A stretch of 64,000 nt of DNA from Minisyncoccota bacterium. GTDB taxonomy: Bacteria; Patescibacteriota; Minisyncoccia; Phycocordibacterales; Phycocordibacteraceae. Below the pieces are notes generated by a model that was not told the origin of the DNA, searched no databases, and was given only the letters and a program-made list of their open reading frames with translations. The stretch is from NCBI GenBank assembly GCA_036399335.1, contig DASWNF010000014.1:108033-172032 (forward strand). The letters are read 5' to 3'. Both the position numbers and the translations under genes were made by a program. The first letter of the stretch is position 1, and every line of letters starts with the position of its first letter. Below, in pieces: positions 36,472 through 45,739 of this stretch.

Positions 36472-38043
36472 TTACGGTTGGGCAGTGGTCGCCGTAAGCC
36501 GAGCGACCAGGGCTGTAAAGGCCGCTTCGTCCCGCACGATGATGAGGGTCTGGCGGTCAGCATACCCATAGAGGATAAGCGAGCGGCCGGAACGGTCGCG
36601 GAGCACGCGTACGTCGTGGTTCGCAACGACTGCGTCGACGAAGTTTTGCGGCGCCGGAGGCAGGAGCGGCTGCATGACAATGCTCGAAGTTGCCGTCGTT
36701 GGCGTAACGGGCTCAGGCATAACCGTACTTGTCGCATATTCCGGATACCAGAGACCCAGATCGGTAACCATGCGGTTCTCCCAACCGAGCATGCCGGCGA
36801 ATGTCCGCTCATATGAATTCACACGAAGGATGAAGAACGGCCTCGTCTCTCCTCCTGCGGCTATGACGCCGACGGTGCTTGAGAGGTCGACGTTACGCAT
36901 GAGTATGTCCGGAGCACCGAGACTGAGGCGGCGGATGAGCGCACCCCCGGGCTGCGGGGAGTTTGAGAGCCCGAGCGGCGTCGAGCTGGCTTCGGTCACA
37001 TAGGTCACAAGGATGTTCCCTTCGACGAGCGGTTGCCCTGCGGCGTCCGCGAGATCCTGTCGGTAGTTAGGGCCCATGAGTTCCATCTTCTCGTCAGCGT
37101 ATATGAGTGACGGGACGCCAAGCGTAGCCTGCTCCACGTTCCGATTCGTGGTGAACTGGTATGCGGCGAAGAGGCCGCCCGCTCCGAGCACGATAAGGAG
37201 TACGGAAAAGACCACCGGCAGGATGTGCCGTTCTTTCTTGGGCGCGGTGCGGCGGGTACCCGCATCCTTTTCCGCCGCGAGGACGCTGAAGGTAGAGGCG
37301 CGCTGGCTGTCGATGCGATCGGCAAAGTCCGAGGTATACGTGTGAAGCGAAGGTGCCCCCGCATCTTTCTGAAGCGGTATAACTCCGGGCGGCGGCATGG
37401 AGGGAGGCGCAGGCGCAACGTACGGCGGAGGGGCCGGTATGGGCGGAGGAACAGGCGCGGGCGGTATGTAAGCCGGTGGTGCAGGCGGAACATATGCTGG
37501 CTGAGGAGGCGGTGCGGGCGGGGGGGTGTACGCCGGAGGAGGGGGGACAGGTGCTGGCGGAACGTATGGCGGTGGCGGAGGAACAGGCGCGGGCGGCACG
37601 AATACGGGTGTCGGGGGAGGAGGTGGGACTGGAGGAGGTACTGGCCCTGCGGCAACTTTCTGGCGAAGGCGTGCGAGTACGGCTTCGCGCTGTTCGTCGG
37701 CGGATGGTGACGGTGGTGCAGGCGGCGGCGGCGGTTGTGTCGGTGCTGGCGGCGTGGGTGCCGGCCTTCGCACGGTAAAGATGTCTGCACTGTCGTCCTT
37801 CGAGAGCTCGAGAGTTTCTTGTGGGAAGTCGTGCACGATACCGCCCGGCCGATTTACGGGGGATGCATCGAACTCCGGCAAGGTAACGCTGTCGGCAGCG
37901 GGAGCTGCGGGCTTCGGGGACTGGGGCACCGGCTGGTTCGTAAGCCGAGCCACGTCTTTCGCATACGTACGGATGTACGGCGACATGTCGCGCGAGGGAT
38001 CGTTTCCTTGGTTTTGGTCTCCCGCAGGGGTAGCGTCAGCCAT
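36472..38043 (-). CDS. proline-rich membrane protein (523 aa)
   Basis: SD AAGGAG; ~150-aa run of PPxP repeats (PVPPPPPYVPPAPVPPPPAYTPPPAPPPQPAYVPPAPPAYIPPAPVPPPIPAPPPYVAPAPP); one TM; C-terminal globular domain. Confidence 0.6.
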   Translation of the reverse strand: MADATPAGDQNQGNDPSRDMSPYIRTYAKDVARLTNQPVPQSPKPAAPAADSVTLPEFDASPVNRPGGIVHDFPQETLELSKDDSADIFTVRRPAPTPPAPTQPPPPPAPPSPSADEQREAVLARLRQKVAAGPVPPPVPPPPPTPVFVPPAPVPPPPPYVPPAPVPPPPAYTPPPAPPPQPAYVPPAPPAYIPPAPVPPPIPAPPPYVAPAPPSMPPPGVIPLQKDAGAPSLHTYTSDFADRIDSQRASTFSVLAAEKDAGTRRTAPKKERHILPVVFSVLLIVLGAGGLFAAYQFTTNRNVEQATLGVPSLIYADEKMELMGPNYRQDLADAAGQPLVEGNILVTYVTEASSTPLGLSNSPQPGGALIRRLSLGAPDILMRNVDLSSTVGVIAAGGETRPFFILRVNSYERTFAGMLGWENRMVTDLGLWYPEYATSTVMPEPVTPTTATSSIVMQPLLPPAPQNFVDAVVANHDVRVLRDRSGRSLILYGYADRQTLIIVRDEAAFTALVARLTATTAQP

Positions 38044-38105
38044 TTCTCCTTATATTACACACAAAGCCCCATAAACGGGGCTTTGTGTGTGTAGACTGGG
38101 GCGAT

Positions 38106-38621
38106 TTAGCCTCGCTGGCCTATCAGGAACTTCTTCGGGTCTTCGCACATGTCGGTAAAGGCATGGGCGGCTTCCTTGAGCTTGGCGCTTGAGGACTTGC
38201 CGAAGGAGATGACTTCGACCTGGCAGCCCATGTTCATGTCTAAGTACTCGATAAGCGGCACGAAGTCGCCGTCCCCGGTCGCGAGGATGACGGTATCCAG
38301 TTTCGGGGCGAGCTTTACGGCGTCGATGGCGATGCCCACGTCCCAGTCGGCCTTCTTGGCGCCATCCGAGAATATCTGGAGTCCTTTTACCTTCGTCTCG
38401 ATACCGATCTTGGTGAGTGCGTCGAAGAAAGCACCCTCTTCGCCGCCTTCGGTCGAAATGACGTAGGCGATGGCGCGCACGAGGACGCGGTCCCCCACTG
38501 CCTCGGCGAGGACGTTGGCGAAGTTTACGCGAGTCTTATAAAGGTGCTTGGCGCTATGGTAGAGGTTCTGCGTATCGATAAATACGCCTACGCGCTGCGC
38601 TGGATGTTTGATAACGGCCAT
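38106..38621 (-). CDS. NYN-domain (LabA/DUF88-like) protein
   Basis: VGVFIDTQNLYHS...ILATGDGDFVPLIEYL acidic motifs of NYN/PIN-like nucleases. Confidence 0.7.
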   Translation of the reverse strand: MAVIKHPAQRVGVFIDTQNLYHSAKHLYKTRVNFANVLAEAVGDRVLVRAIAYVISTEGGEEGAFFDALTKIGIETKVKGLQIFSDGAKKADWDVGIAIDAVKLAPKLDTVILATGDGDFVPLIEYLDMNMGCQVEVISFGKSSSAKLKEAAHAFTDMCEDPKKFLIGQRG

Positions 38622-38764
38622 ACAAATCTGGGTTATGTGTGGCGGTCCGTAGTCCGGACTGCCCTAAGTGTTATTAAAATGTGGTGGGCGAGTGCGCCAC
38701 TCCATTCAGCTTACCATCCGAAGCCTTGTAAAAAGCAAATGCCCGGGAAGCTCCCGGGCACCGG

Positions 38765-39031
38765 CTACTTCTTCAACCCCAGCTTCTTGATGAGGGCCGA
38801 GTACTGGCGCTTGTTGCTCTTCTCCAGGTAACGGAGGTGCGTGCGACGGTCGGCGACCATCTGCAAGAGTCCGCGGCGGGAGTGAAAGTCCTTCTGGTTC
38901 TTCTTGAGATGCTTCGTGAGCTCCTCAATCTGACGGGACAAAAGCGCTACCTGCACCGACACGGAGCCGGTATCAGCAGTATGCTCGGCCGCACCCTTGA
39001 TGGTGGCGGTCTTTACTCGTTTGGTAAGCAT
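38765..39031 (-). CDS. rpsO: 30S ribosomal protein S15
   Basis: 88 aa; conserved S15 sequence; terminator hairpin downstream. Confidence 0.9.
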   Translation of the reverse strand: MLTKRVKTATIKGAAEHTADTGSVSVQVALLSRQIEELTKHLKKNQKDFHSRRGLLQMVADRRTHLRYLEKSNKRQYSALIKKLGLKK

Positions 39032-39145
39032 TGAGCCTACCTTACCACACCTTGACTATTTATGCAAGTGTACCGAAAAAGCGGAGCGGTCAGTCTCGAG
39101 CCTGAGCTAAACATTGTGCGAAGCTCCAGATGCTACACTTTTACC

Positions 39146-40057
39146 ATGCAAGCCGAGCCCATGAAGCGACAATTCCTCGAATATATCGAGATCGAGCGCG
39201 GCCGTGCCGTGAAGACCATAGAAAACTATGACCATTACCTCACCCGCTTCTTCGCGCAGATGAACATCACGGATACGTCGGACATTACCGAAGACCGCGT
39301 ACGCGAATTTCGCATGTGGCTTAATCGCCAGCCGGGCGTGTCGGGCTCAATGAAGCGTCGTACCCAGAATTATTACCTCATCGCGCTCCGTGCCTTCCTC
39401 AAGTACTTGCGGAAGCGCGATGTCGTCGCGCTGTCCCCCGAAAAGATAGAGCTCGCAAAACTCCCCGAGCGTTCACTCGACCTCATAAGTTCCGCCGAAC
39501 TCGAGCGGCTGATGGACGCTACCAAGGGCGACGATATCAAGGCCTTCCGCGACCGCGCCATCCTCGAACTCCTTTTCTCGACTGGCCTTCGCGTCTCCGA
39601 GCTCTGTTCGCTCGATAGCGACCTCGACCTCACGCGCGATGAGTTCTCCGTCCGCGGTAAGGGCGACAAGGTTCGTGTCGTATTCTTGTCGCCGGCCGCA
39701 AAGGAATCCGTACGCACGTACCTGGCAGCACGGAAGGACATGGAGGAGGCGCTCTTCGTCAGTACGCCCCGCGGCGGCAAGGGCGGAGGTCCCATGTCCG
39801 TGCCTACCCGACTTACTCCCCGCTCGATAGAGATGCTCATCAAGACCTACGCCACCAAGGCCGGCATAACGAAGAAGGTCACGCCCCACGTCCTTCGCCA
39901 CTCCTTCGCAACGGACCTCTTAAGTAACGGTGCGGACATCCGTTCCGTACAGCAGCTTCTCGGGCATGCCTCCATAAACACCACCCAGATCTATACGCAC
40001 GTCACCGACGCCCACCTCCGAGAGGTGCATAAGAAGTTCCACTCCCGCAGCCGCTAG
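39146..40057 (+). CDS. tyrosine site-specific recombinase XerC/XerD family
   Basis: C-terminal catalytic motifs HVLRHSFAT...LLGH...TQIYTHV; start at an internal Met of the 39062 ORF. Confidence 0.85.
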   Translation: MQAEPMKRQFLEYIEIERGRAVKTIENYDHYLTRFFAQMNITDTSDITEDRVREFRMWLNRQPGVSGSMKRRTQNYYLIALRAFLKYLRKRDVVALSPEKIELAKLPERSLDLISSAELERLMDATKGDDIKAFRDRAILELLFSTGLRVSELCSLDSDLDLTRDEFSVRGKGDKVRVVFLSPAAKESVRTYLAARKDMEEALFVSTPRGGKGGGPMSVPTRLTPRSIEMLIKTYATKAGITKKVTPHVLRHSFATDLLSNGADIRSVQQLLGHASINTTQIYTHVTDAHLREVHKKFHSRSR

Positions 40058-40389
40058 GGAGTGCACGCGCAAGGCTTTGTTTTCAACAGCTCGCGCTGCG
40101 TAGCGATGTCGTCGATATAGTCGTTCTGGATCTGCTTCCCTCCGGCGAGCTTCTTATCAAGCGGCGAGGCGTGGTTGTAGCCGCGCGCTTCCATCTCACG
40201 CACGAGCGCTTCGTGCCTCGTGTAGAGGGCTGCCGTCTTCCCCACCCAGCGTTTCGTCTCCGGATGGTTGGCGTAGCCGCCTTTCCCTTTGTGCTTGGTC
40301 AGGATGTTCCAAAGCCCGTGGAGCTCACGGTGCTCGCCGAGCAAATGCTGTCGGCATAATTCCTCTGGCGGGACGTCCCAAATTCTCAT
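40054..40389 (-). CDS. pyrimidine-dimer DNA glycosylase-like protein (T4 endonuclease V / Pyr_excise family)
   Basis: N-terminal MRIWDVPPEELCRQHLLGEHRELH...W resembles the family N-terminus; 111 aa. Confidence 0.55.
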   Translation of the reverse strand: MRIWDVPPEELCRQHLLGEHRELHGLWNILTKHKGKGGYANHPETKRWVGKTAALYTRHEALVREMEARGYNHASPLDKKLAGGKQIQNDYIDDIATQRELLKTKPCACTP

Positions 40390-40442
40390 CTTTCGAGTAT
40401 ACCGCCGAAGCGAACGGCCGATCTTCGCCTTAGCCCAGGGCC

Positions 40443-41090
40443 CTATTTCTTTTTACCCACAAATCGCACGAGGTTTGAGTTGCCGAGCGCCCGGTCCTTA
40501 TAAGTCTCTCCGAGTTCGTCAAGGATTATAGGATTGAAATCCCCTACGTATGCGCTTAACGACTGGGCACTAAAGTACCGCTTCTTTACTCCATCAACTA
40601 AAAAATACCCGTCCTCAATAAATGTTCCTTTCCCAAACTCAGCATCATGTACGGAGTTAAGTAGGAGCGTTAAGACTCCACCCTCCTTAAGTACTCGCGC
40701 GAATTCGCCGATAAGAGTTCGTGTTTCAACCTCCGTAAAATAGTGTGCGGCGAGATGTGAGTGCACTACGTCAAACTCCCCGTCTTGAAATGGCAGCCTC
40801 GAAGCGAGGTCAGCTTCGATAAAAGATAGGCGGCTCGCCAATACAGGTGGAGTCTTCTCAATCGCCTTTTGTATTCCTGCAGGAGCAAAGTCCATTCCGG
40901 TCACGTGGTATCCCCTTCCAGCAAAAAATCTTGAGTCCTGCCCTTGTCCACAACCGGCGTCCAGTACTTTTCCTTCCGCTGGGAAATATTCAAGTACGGA
41001 CTCAGCGAATAGGGTCGGCTTATGTATCCAATCGGTGTGTGCGTACCGCTCGTGGGCCTCGTCCCAGTACGGCTTCGGCGCTATTACCAT
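40443..41090 (-). CDS. class I SAM-dependent methyltransferase
   Basis: Motif I VLDAGCGQGQD; motif post-I; 215 aa. Confidence 0.75.
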   Translation of the reverse strand: MVIAPKPYWDEAHERYAHTDWIHKPTLFAESVLEYFPAEGKVLDAGCGQGQDSRFFAGRGYHVTGMDFAPAGIQKAIEKTPPVLASRLSFIEADLASRLPFQDGEFDVVHSHLAAHYFTEVETRTLIGEFARVLKEGGVLTLLLNSVHDAEFGKGTFIEDGYFLVDGVKKRYFSAQSLSAYVGDFNPIILDELGETYKDRALGNSNLVRFVGKKK

Positions 41091-41188
41091 GCTCCAATAC
41101 TACATTACTGCCGGATTCTGAAATGATGGAACCTTTCTACAACTATGATAGGTTGGGAACCAGAACTGCGAGGGAGGATTCCGTGAGA

Positions 41189-41503
41189 ATGATAAGCCTT
41201 AGCCTCCCGCTTGGTGTGGGAGACAATCGAATCGATGCATTTTGGTCCGTATTGGCCGCAGAAATTAATGCCCGTGGAGGCTTGGCTCAAGGACAGGTCG
41301 ACTTCTTCACCCATCCAACGAAAATCAGGTCGGTGTATGTCTTGGTGTATGAGGCCGTGGTCATTGACCTGATCACTGACGCACTCCGTGAAGCCTTGGG
41401 TTCCACGTGGCCCGAACACACTAACCTCTATGTAATTGAGTCCTTGGTTCGAGGGGAAAGCATCGTTCGTCTAGGCATGGTCCGCGGTGGGAAAGGAGAT
41501 TAA
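41189..41503 (+). CDS. hypothetical protein (~105 aa)
   Basis: SD AGGGAGG upstream of GTG/ATG; preferred over the antisense ORF 41105..41419. Confidence 0.35.
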   Translation: MISLSLPLGVGDNRIDAFWSVLAAEINARGGLAQGQVDFFTHPTKIRSVYVLVYEAVVIDLITDALREALGSTWPEHTNLYVIESLVRGESIVRLGMVRGGKGD

Positions 41504-41591
41504 TGACACCAAGTAAAAGCCCCTGCAATGAGGGGCTTCTTTTATCTTGGCAGAATAGGTTCCAGACCTTTGGGTGGTATAGAATGCGGGC

Positions 41592-42359
41592 ATGAAAATC
41601 GTTTCCTGGAACGTTAACGGCCTGCGCTCCGTCGCCCGGAACGGCTACTGGCAGCCCTTCCTGAAGGCCGCGAAGCCCGACGTTATCTGCCTCCAGGAAG
41701 TTAAGGCGGAGCCTGACCAGCTGCCGGACGACGTGCGCGAGGTCGGCGGGTTCTCGTCTTTCTTCTCCCCCTGTCAGATCAAAAAAGGATATAGCGGTGT
41801 TGCGCTGTATTCGCGTATCGAGCCCCTGTCAGTCATATATGGCATGGGTATAAAGGAGTTCGACCAGGAAGGGCGGCTAATCGGGGCCGAATACGAGGAC
41901 TTTTGGCTCTTAAACATCTACTTCCCAAACGGCGGACGGGGCCCCGAGAGGCTGGACTTCAAGCTCCGGTATTACGAAGCCTTCCTCGCCTTTTGCGAAG
42001 GGCTGCGTAAAAGTAAGCCGGTGGTCTTTTGCGGCGATGTGAACACTGCTCACTTCCCTATCGATCTTGCTCGCCCTACCCAAAACCAAAACAACACGGG
42101 CTTCCTCCCTATCGAGCGGAAGTGGATGGACGAGCTGGTCGACGCCGGTTACGTGGACACCTTCCGTCATTTTTATCCCAAAAAGATAGAAGCATATTCA
42201 TACTGGGATACGTTCACCCATGCCCGCGAACGCAACGTAGGATGGCGCATCGACTACTTTTTTGCCGCCGAAGAATTCTTGAGACATATCCAAAAAGCCG
42301 AAATACATACGGAAATATTTGGTTCCGACCACTGCCCCGTGTCCGTTACATTAAAGTAG
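41592..42359 (+). CDS. xth: exodeoxyribonuclease III (Xth/APE1 family AP endonuclease)
   Basis: MKIVSWNVNGLRS...CLQE...DHCP motifs; 255 aa. Confidence 0.9.
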   Translation: MKIVSWNVNGLRSVARNGYWQPFLKAAKPDVICLQEVKAEPDQLPDDVREVGGFSSFFSPCQIKKGYSGVALYSRIEPLSVIYGMGIKEFDQEGRLIGAEYEDFWLLNIYFPNGGRGPERLDFKLRYYEAFLAFCEGLRKSKPVVFCGDVNTAHFPIDLARPTQNQNNTGFLPIERKWMDELVDAGYVDTFRHFYPKKIEAYSYWDTFTHARERNVGWRIDYFFAAEEFLRHIQKAEIHTEIFGSDHCPVSVTLK

Positions 42360-42770
42360 TTTAAAGGACATATCCCCAGGTATGTCCTTTACAATGTCCT
42401 ATAGAGGAATAGACTGCTAACAGACGGCTGATCTTTGCTTAATGCACCTGTACCTTGAATCAGGTGTCCGTAACGTGTTTGTCCCTCCCGCTAACGAATC
42501 GGGCGATCCCCGCATATAAAGAGAGTGAGGCAGGACTTGTTACACGTGAAAGACACAATCAAAATCGAAACCATCCAGAACCGAATTCTCCCTGGAGACC
42601 AAACCAATCCCTGCCCAACTCAATACCCCGGTCTTCAATGGTTCCACGACGGTTACAACGCAAGAGGCCGCGCAGAGCGATTTCATCCCCCATGGAATCC
42701 CTCTTCGCGGCCTCTTTTCTTATTCTATTTGTTACACGCGAAACATAAATCCTGACGTTTCGCGTGAAAA

Positions 42771-44234
42771 CTAGCTAACGTGGTGTTTTTTAAGGATTTC
42801 TTGTACTTCTGCTTCTTCGCGCTCTTCCCTCTTTTTCTTACCTTCGTCCCCGAGTAGCTTAAGTTCTTGGTCCGGGAGCTCCAATAGTCTCAATGCCTGA
42901 GCCTCTAGGTATTCCGTGGTGTTTTTAGAAGGTTCCTCTAATACCTCCTCAAGTAAGGCGTTGAGAGTCCAGCCAATCCGGGGTCCAGGTTGCACGTGTA
43001 ACTTAGTCATAAATACATTTCCGTCGATATTAAGCCTTTTCACAGAGATTGGGTCGCGTAGCGCCTCGTCCACCATGGCCTTGTATTTACGGAAGCGGAA
43101 TGGTTGCTCCTTAGGGCGCCCAGTACCGATGCGGTCACAAATACGCAGGTTCAGAAGATCCCATATATGCTCCTCACCGACGTTACGTATCATCCTGCGG
43201 ACAGCAGAAAGGCTTATTTGGTCTGGATCTGAGAAAAACATGTGCCAGCGCACCAATTTGCTTACCTTTTCTATTGTTTCGCGTGAAAAGCGCAGGTCAT
43301 TAAGTGCGGAACGTGTTACACGTGAACCCACCACTTCATGGCCGTGGAAGGTCCAATCTTTCTTTTCGTCAGACCAGCGGCGCGTTTCGGGCTTTGAAAT
43401 ATCGTGAAACAGAGCTGCAAGTCGTGTGTCAAATTCCCAGCCCTTATCTGCGGCGTGTTGAAGGGCCCTAAGGTTATGCTCAAATACCGTATAACTATGA
43501 GCCTGGTTTTGGTCTATGCCGATTCCACGGAGCAAGTCCGGGGCAATGTATTCAAGAAGGCCTAGCTGCTGACAGAGTATGAGCGCCATCATTGGCTGGT
43601 CAGAGTTGAGGATGCGTACGAATTCGTCACGAATGCGCTCTTTTGATATGTGGCTTAGGTTTGGCGCCTTAACCTGTATTGCGGCAGCCGTGTCGGTGTT
43701 GAGCGCAAACCCGAGTTCTGCCACCAATCGGACAGCCCGCATAAGACGCAATGCGTCCTCCTCAAAGCGTTCAAGCGGGTCACGGACTGTCCGCAGTACC
43801 TTAAGCTCAATGTCTTTTTGGCCTTGATAGGGATCTACCAAGTGATTCCGCAAATCGTCGTACGCGAGGGCGTTAATAGTGAAGTCGCGACGCGCAAGGT
43901 CTTCTTCGAGGCTTTCGCCGAAGGCGACGGCGTCTGGCCGGCGTTTATCCGAGTACCCGGCTTCAGTGCGGTAGGGAGTTACTTCGATGATGGCTAACCG
44001 GAGGTCTTCCGAGCCTGTCTTCACGCCGACCGTGCCAAAGTCGTTCTCATAGAAGGAGTCGGGGAAGGCGGCTTGGATATCTTGCGGCTTCGCGTTCGTG
44101 GTCACGTCCCAGTCCTTGGGGGCGCGGCCTATGAGTAAGTCCCGTACGCAGCCGCCGACGAGGTAGGCTTCGAAGCCCGCCTCACGGAGTTTTCCCGATA
44201 CGGCAGCTACCTCCTCAGGAACCTTAAAATGCAT
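42771..44234 (-). CDS. cca: CCA-adding tRNA nucleotidyltransferase with HD domain
   Basis: GGCVRD and DxD polymerase-beta motifs plus a C-terminal HD domain; 487 aa. Confidence 0.85.
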   Translation of the reverse strand: MHFKVPEEVAAVSGKLREAGFEAYLVGGCVRDLLIGRAPKDWDVTTNAKPQDIQAAFPDSFYENDFGTVGVKTGSEDLRLAIIEVTPYRTEAGYSDKRRPDAVAFGESLEEDLARRDFTINALAYDDLRNHLVDPYQGQKDIELKVLRTVRDPLERFEEDALRLMRAVRLVAELGFALNTDTAAAIQVKAPNLSHISKERIRDEFVRILNSDQPMMALILCQQLGLLEYIAPDLLRGIGIDQNQAHSYTVFEHNLRALQHAADKGWEFDTRLAALFHDISKPETRRWSDEKKDWTFHGHEVVGSRVTRSALNDLRFSRETIEKVSKLVRWHMFFSDPDQISLSAVRRMIRNVGEEHIWDLLNLRICDRIGTGRPKEQPFRFRKYKAMVDEALRDPISVKRLNIDGNVFMTKLHVQPGPRIGWTLNALLEEVLEEPSKNTTEYLEAQALRLLELPDQELKLLGDEGKKKREEREEAEVQEILKKHHVS

Positions 44235-44291
44235 AGGAAAATAGTAGTATGCGTTAACTGTTTTTCCTAACGTATAGTATTGTGCGGTTAC

Positions 44292-44363
44292 GCCCCTGTA
44301 GTGAAATGGATATCACAACAGTCTTCGGAACTGTCGTTCTAGGTTCGAATCCTGGCGGGGGCA
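44292..44363 (+). tRNA. tRNA-Arg (anticodon TCG)
   Basis: Hand-folded cloverleaf: acceptor GCCCCTG/CGGGGGC, T-arm CTAGG-TTCGAAT-CCTGG, anticodon loop CTTCGGA. Confidence 0.65.
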
Positions 44364-44402
44364 CTAGAAAATAGGCGCAGCTTTGTGTATGATGCTTTCG
44401 AA

Positions 44403-44473
44403 GCGGATATGGTTTAGTGGTAAAACGCGTCCTTGCCAAGGACGAGTCGGGAGTTCGATTCTCCCTATCCGCA
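44403..44473 (+). tRNA. tRNA-Gly (anticodon GCC)
   Basis: Acceptor GCGGATA/TATCCGC, anticodon stem CGTCC/GGACG with loop TTGCCAA, T-loop TTCGATT. Confidence 0.75.
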
Positions 44474-44657
44474 CTACTAAGAGTTAGGAAGGTAGGGTTG
44501 GTCTTAAATATCAAAAACCGTTACGGACGCGTTAACTTCTCTTCATCAAAAGAGGGGATAAAGGTGTTAATACTGGGGATAAAGGACAGCCTGAAAGTCA
44601 GGAATATTTTAGAAAGTCTTAAACAAATGCCGTACCTAGGCCGTATATGTTAAGGGC

Positions 44658-45050
44658 GTGGATATTACGGGTTATACAAGAAAAGACATAGGCAACCTTG
44701 GTGAACGGGTAGCGGCGGAATACGCCCGGAGGCTCGGATTCACCGTAATTGCACGAAACGTAGCTAGGAAAACCGGCGAATTAGATGTCGTGGCGCGAAA
44801 GGGCAAGGTGCTTCACGTCATAGAAGTGAAGACACTTGTCTGCGAAGAATTCCCAACCGCACACGCCAATCGGCATCATCCTGGGGATAACCTGCACCTG
44901 TATAAGATCCGGAAGGTAGCGAGAACTGCGGAGTGGTATGTAGCCGATATTAAGTGGGCAGGGGAGTGGCAAGTCGACGGAGTGCTCGTGTGGCTCAGAA
45001 AGCGCGACGCGCTCGCGAAGGTGCGTTATGTGCCGCAAATTATTCAATAA
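44658..45050 (+). CDS. YraN/UPF0102-family endonuclease
   Basis: GERVAAEY...ELDVVARKGKVLHVIEVKT restriction-endonuclease-like core; GTG start. Confidence 0.7.
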   Translation: MDITGYTRKDIGNLGERVAAEYARRLGFTVIARNVARKTGELDVVARKGKVLHVIEVKTLVCEEFPTAHANRHHPGDNLHLYKIRKVARTAEWYVADIKWAGEWQVDGVLVWLRKRDALAKVRYVPQIIQ

Positions 45051-45123
45051 CATGGTACGCTGTGCGGAATCGGCTACCGCTTCCAAGCCGATGTCCCTGG
45101 CAATGGAGGTGGAGGCAATAATT

Positions 45124-45194
45124 CGGGCCGTAGTATACCGGTAGTACGTCTGCTTTGGGAGCAGATAGACCGAGTTCGATTCTCGGCGGCCCGA
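45124..45194 (+). tRNA. tRNA-Pro (anticodon TGG)
   Basis: Acceptor CGGGCCG/CGGCCCG, anticodon loop TTTGGGA, T-arm CCGAG-TTCGATT-CTCGG. Confidence 0.75.
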
Positions 45195-45234
45195 CAACTA
45201 AAAGTGTGGTATTCTCGCCCTGTAGCGGGATTAG

Positions 45235-45298
45235 TTTAATGGTAGAACATCAGTTTTCCAAACTGAGAGCAGGAGTCCGATTCTCCTATCCCGCACCA
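45235..45298 (+). tRNA. tRNA-Gly (anticodon TCC), CCA encoded
   Basis: Acceptor GCGGGAT/ATCCCGC, anticodon loop TTTCCAA, 3' ACCA; terminator hairpin follows at 45307-45344. Confidence 0.7.
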
Positions 45299-45421
45299 GG
45301 TTAGTAACAAGAAAAGGCAGTCCTAGGAACTGCCTTTTCTTGTTGAAACAGAGAACCACGGCTCTTCATTACCGGACCAGCTTCATGCAAAACGCGTTTA
45401 GAAAAGTGCTACTATCAAGGC

Positions 45422-45655
45422 ATGAATTTTAACGGGCCGCCTCGGCCATCGGAAGCCCCAAAAGGACCAGTGATTGGGCCGGACGAAAAGGACATTCTGA
45501 CTGTCCTTAAGGAACTCGAGGCAAGGAAAGCGGGGATTGCCCTTCCTGAAGAGGCTGCCGACGAAACCCTGGAAGACACATTAGAAACGGATGCTTTCGG
45601 TTCTGCAGACCTCGGAGACCTCGTCCGGAAGTTTGAAGAAGAAAGGGAAGGGTAG
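45422..45655 (+). CDS. small acidic hypothetical protein (77 aa)
   Basis: Plus-strand ORF with natural composition, preferred over the Ser-rich antisense ORF. Confidence 0.35.
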   Translation: MNFNGPPRPSEAPKGPVIGPDEKDILTVLKELEARKAGIALPEEAADETLEDTLETDAFGSADLGDLVRKFEEEREG

Positions 45656-45739
45656 GAAGCCCTTCCCTTCATGCTCTCTGCATGATAGGTATGGTAGAGA
45701 TTGCAGAGTTTACTTAATTACCACCTAGTCATATTACCC

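Noticed and set aside
36674-38094. Gly/Arg-rich ORFs antisense to the proline-rich gene
   Set aside because: The complement of CCN-rich codons yields G/R-rich shadow ORFs; no start signals.
41105-41419. 104-aa minus-strand ORF
   Set aside because: Antisense to a plus-strand ORF that has a good SD; no start signal.
42455-42755. Plus-strand ORFs (97 and 76 aa) in the cca downstream region
   Set aside because: They read through a terminator hairpin and repeat elements; odd composition; the region is treated as non-coding.
44254-44653. ORFs 44254..44514 (-) and 44417..44653 (+)
   Set aside because: They overlap two well-folded tRNA genes and an AT-rich spacer; spurious.
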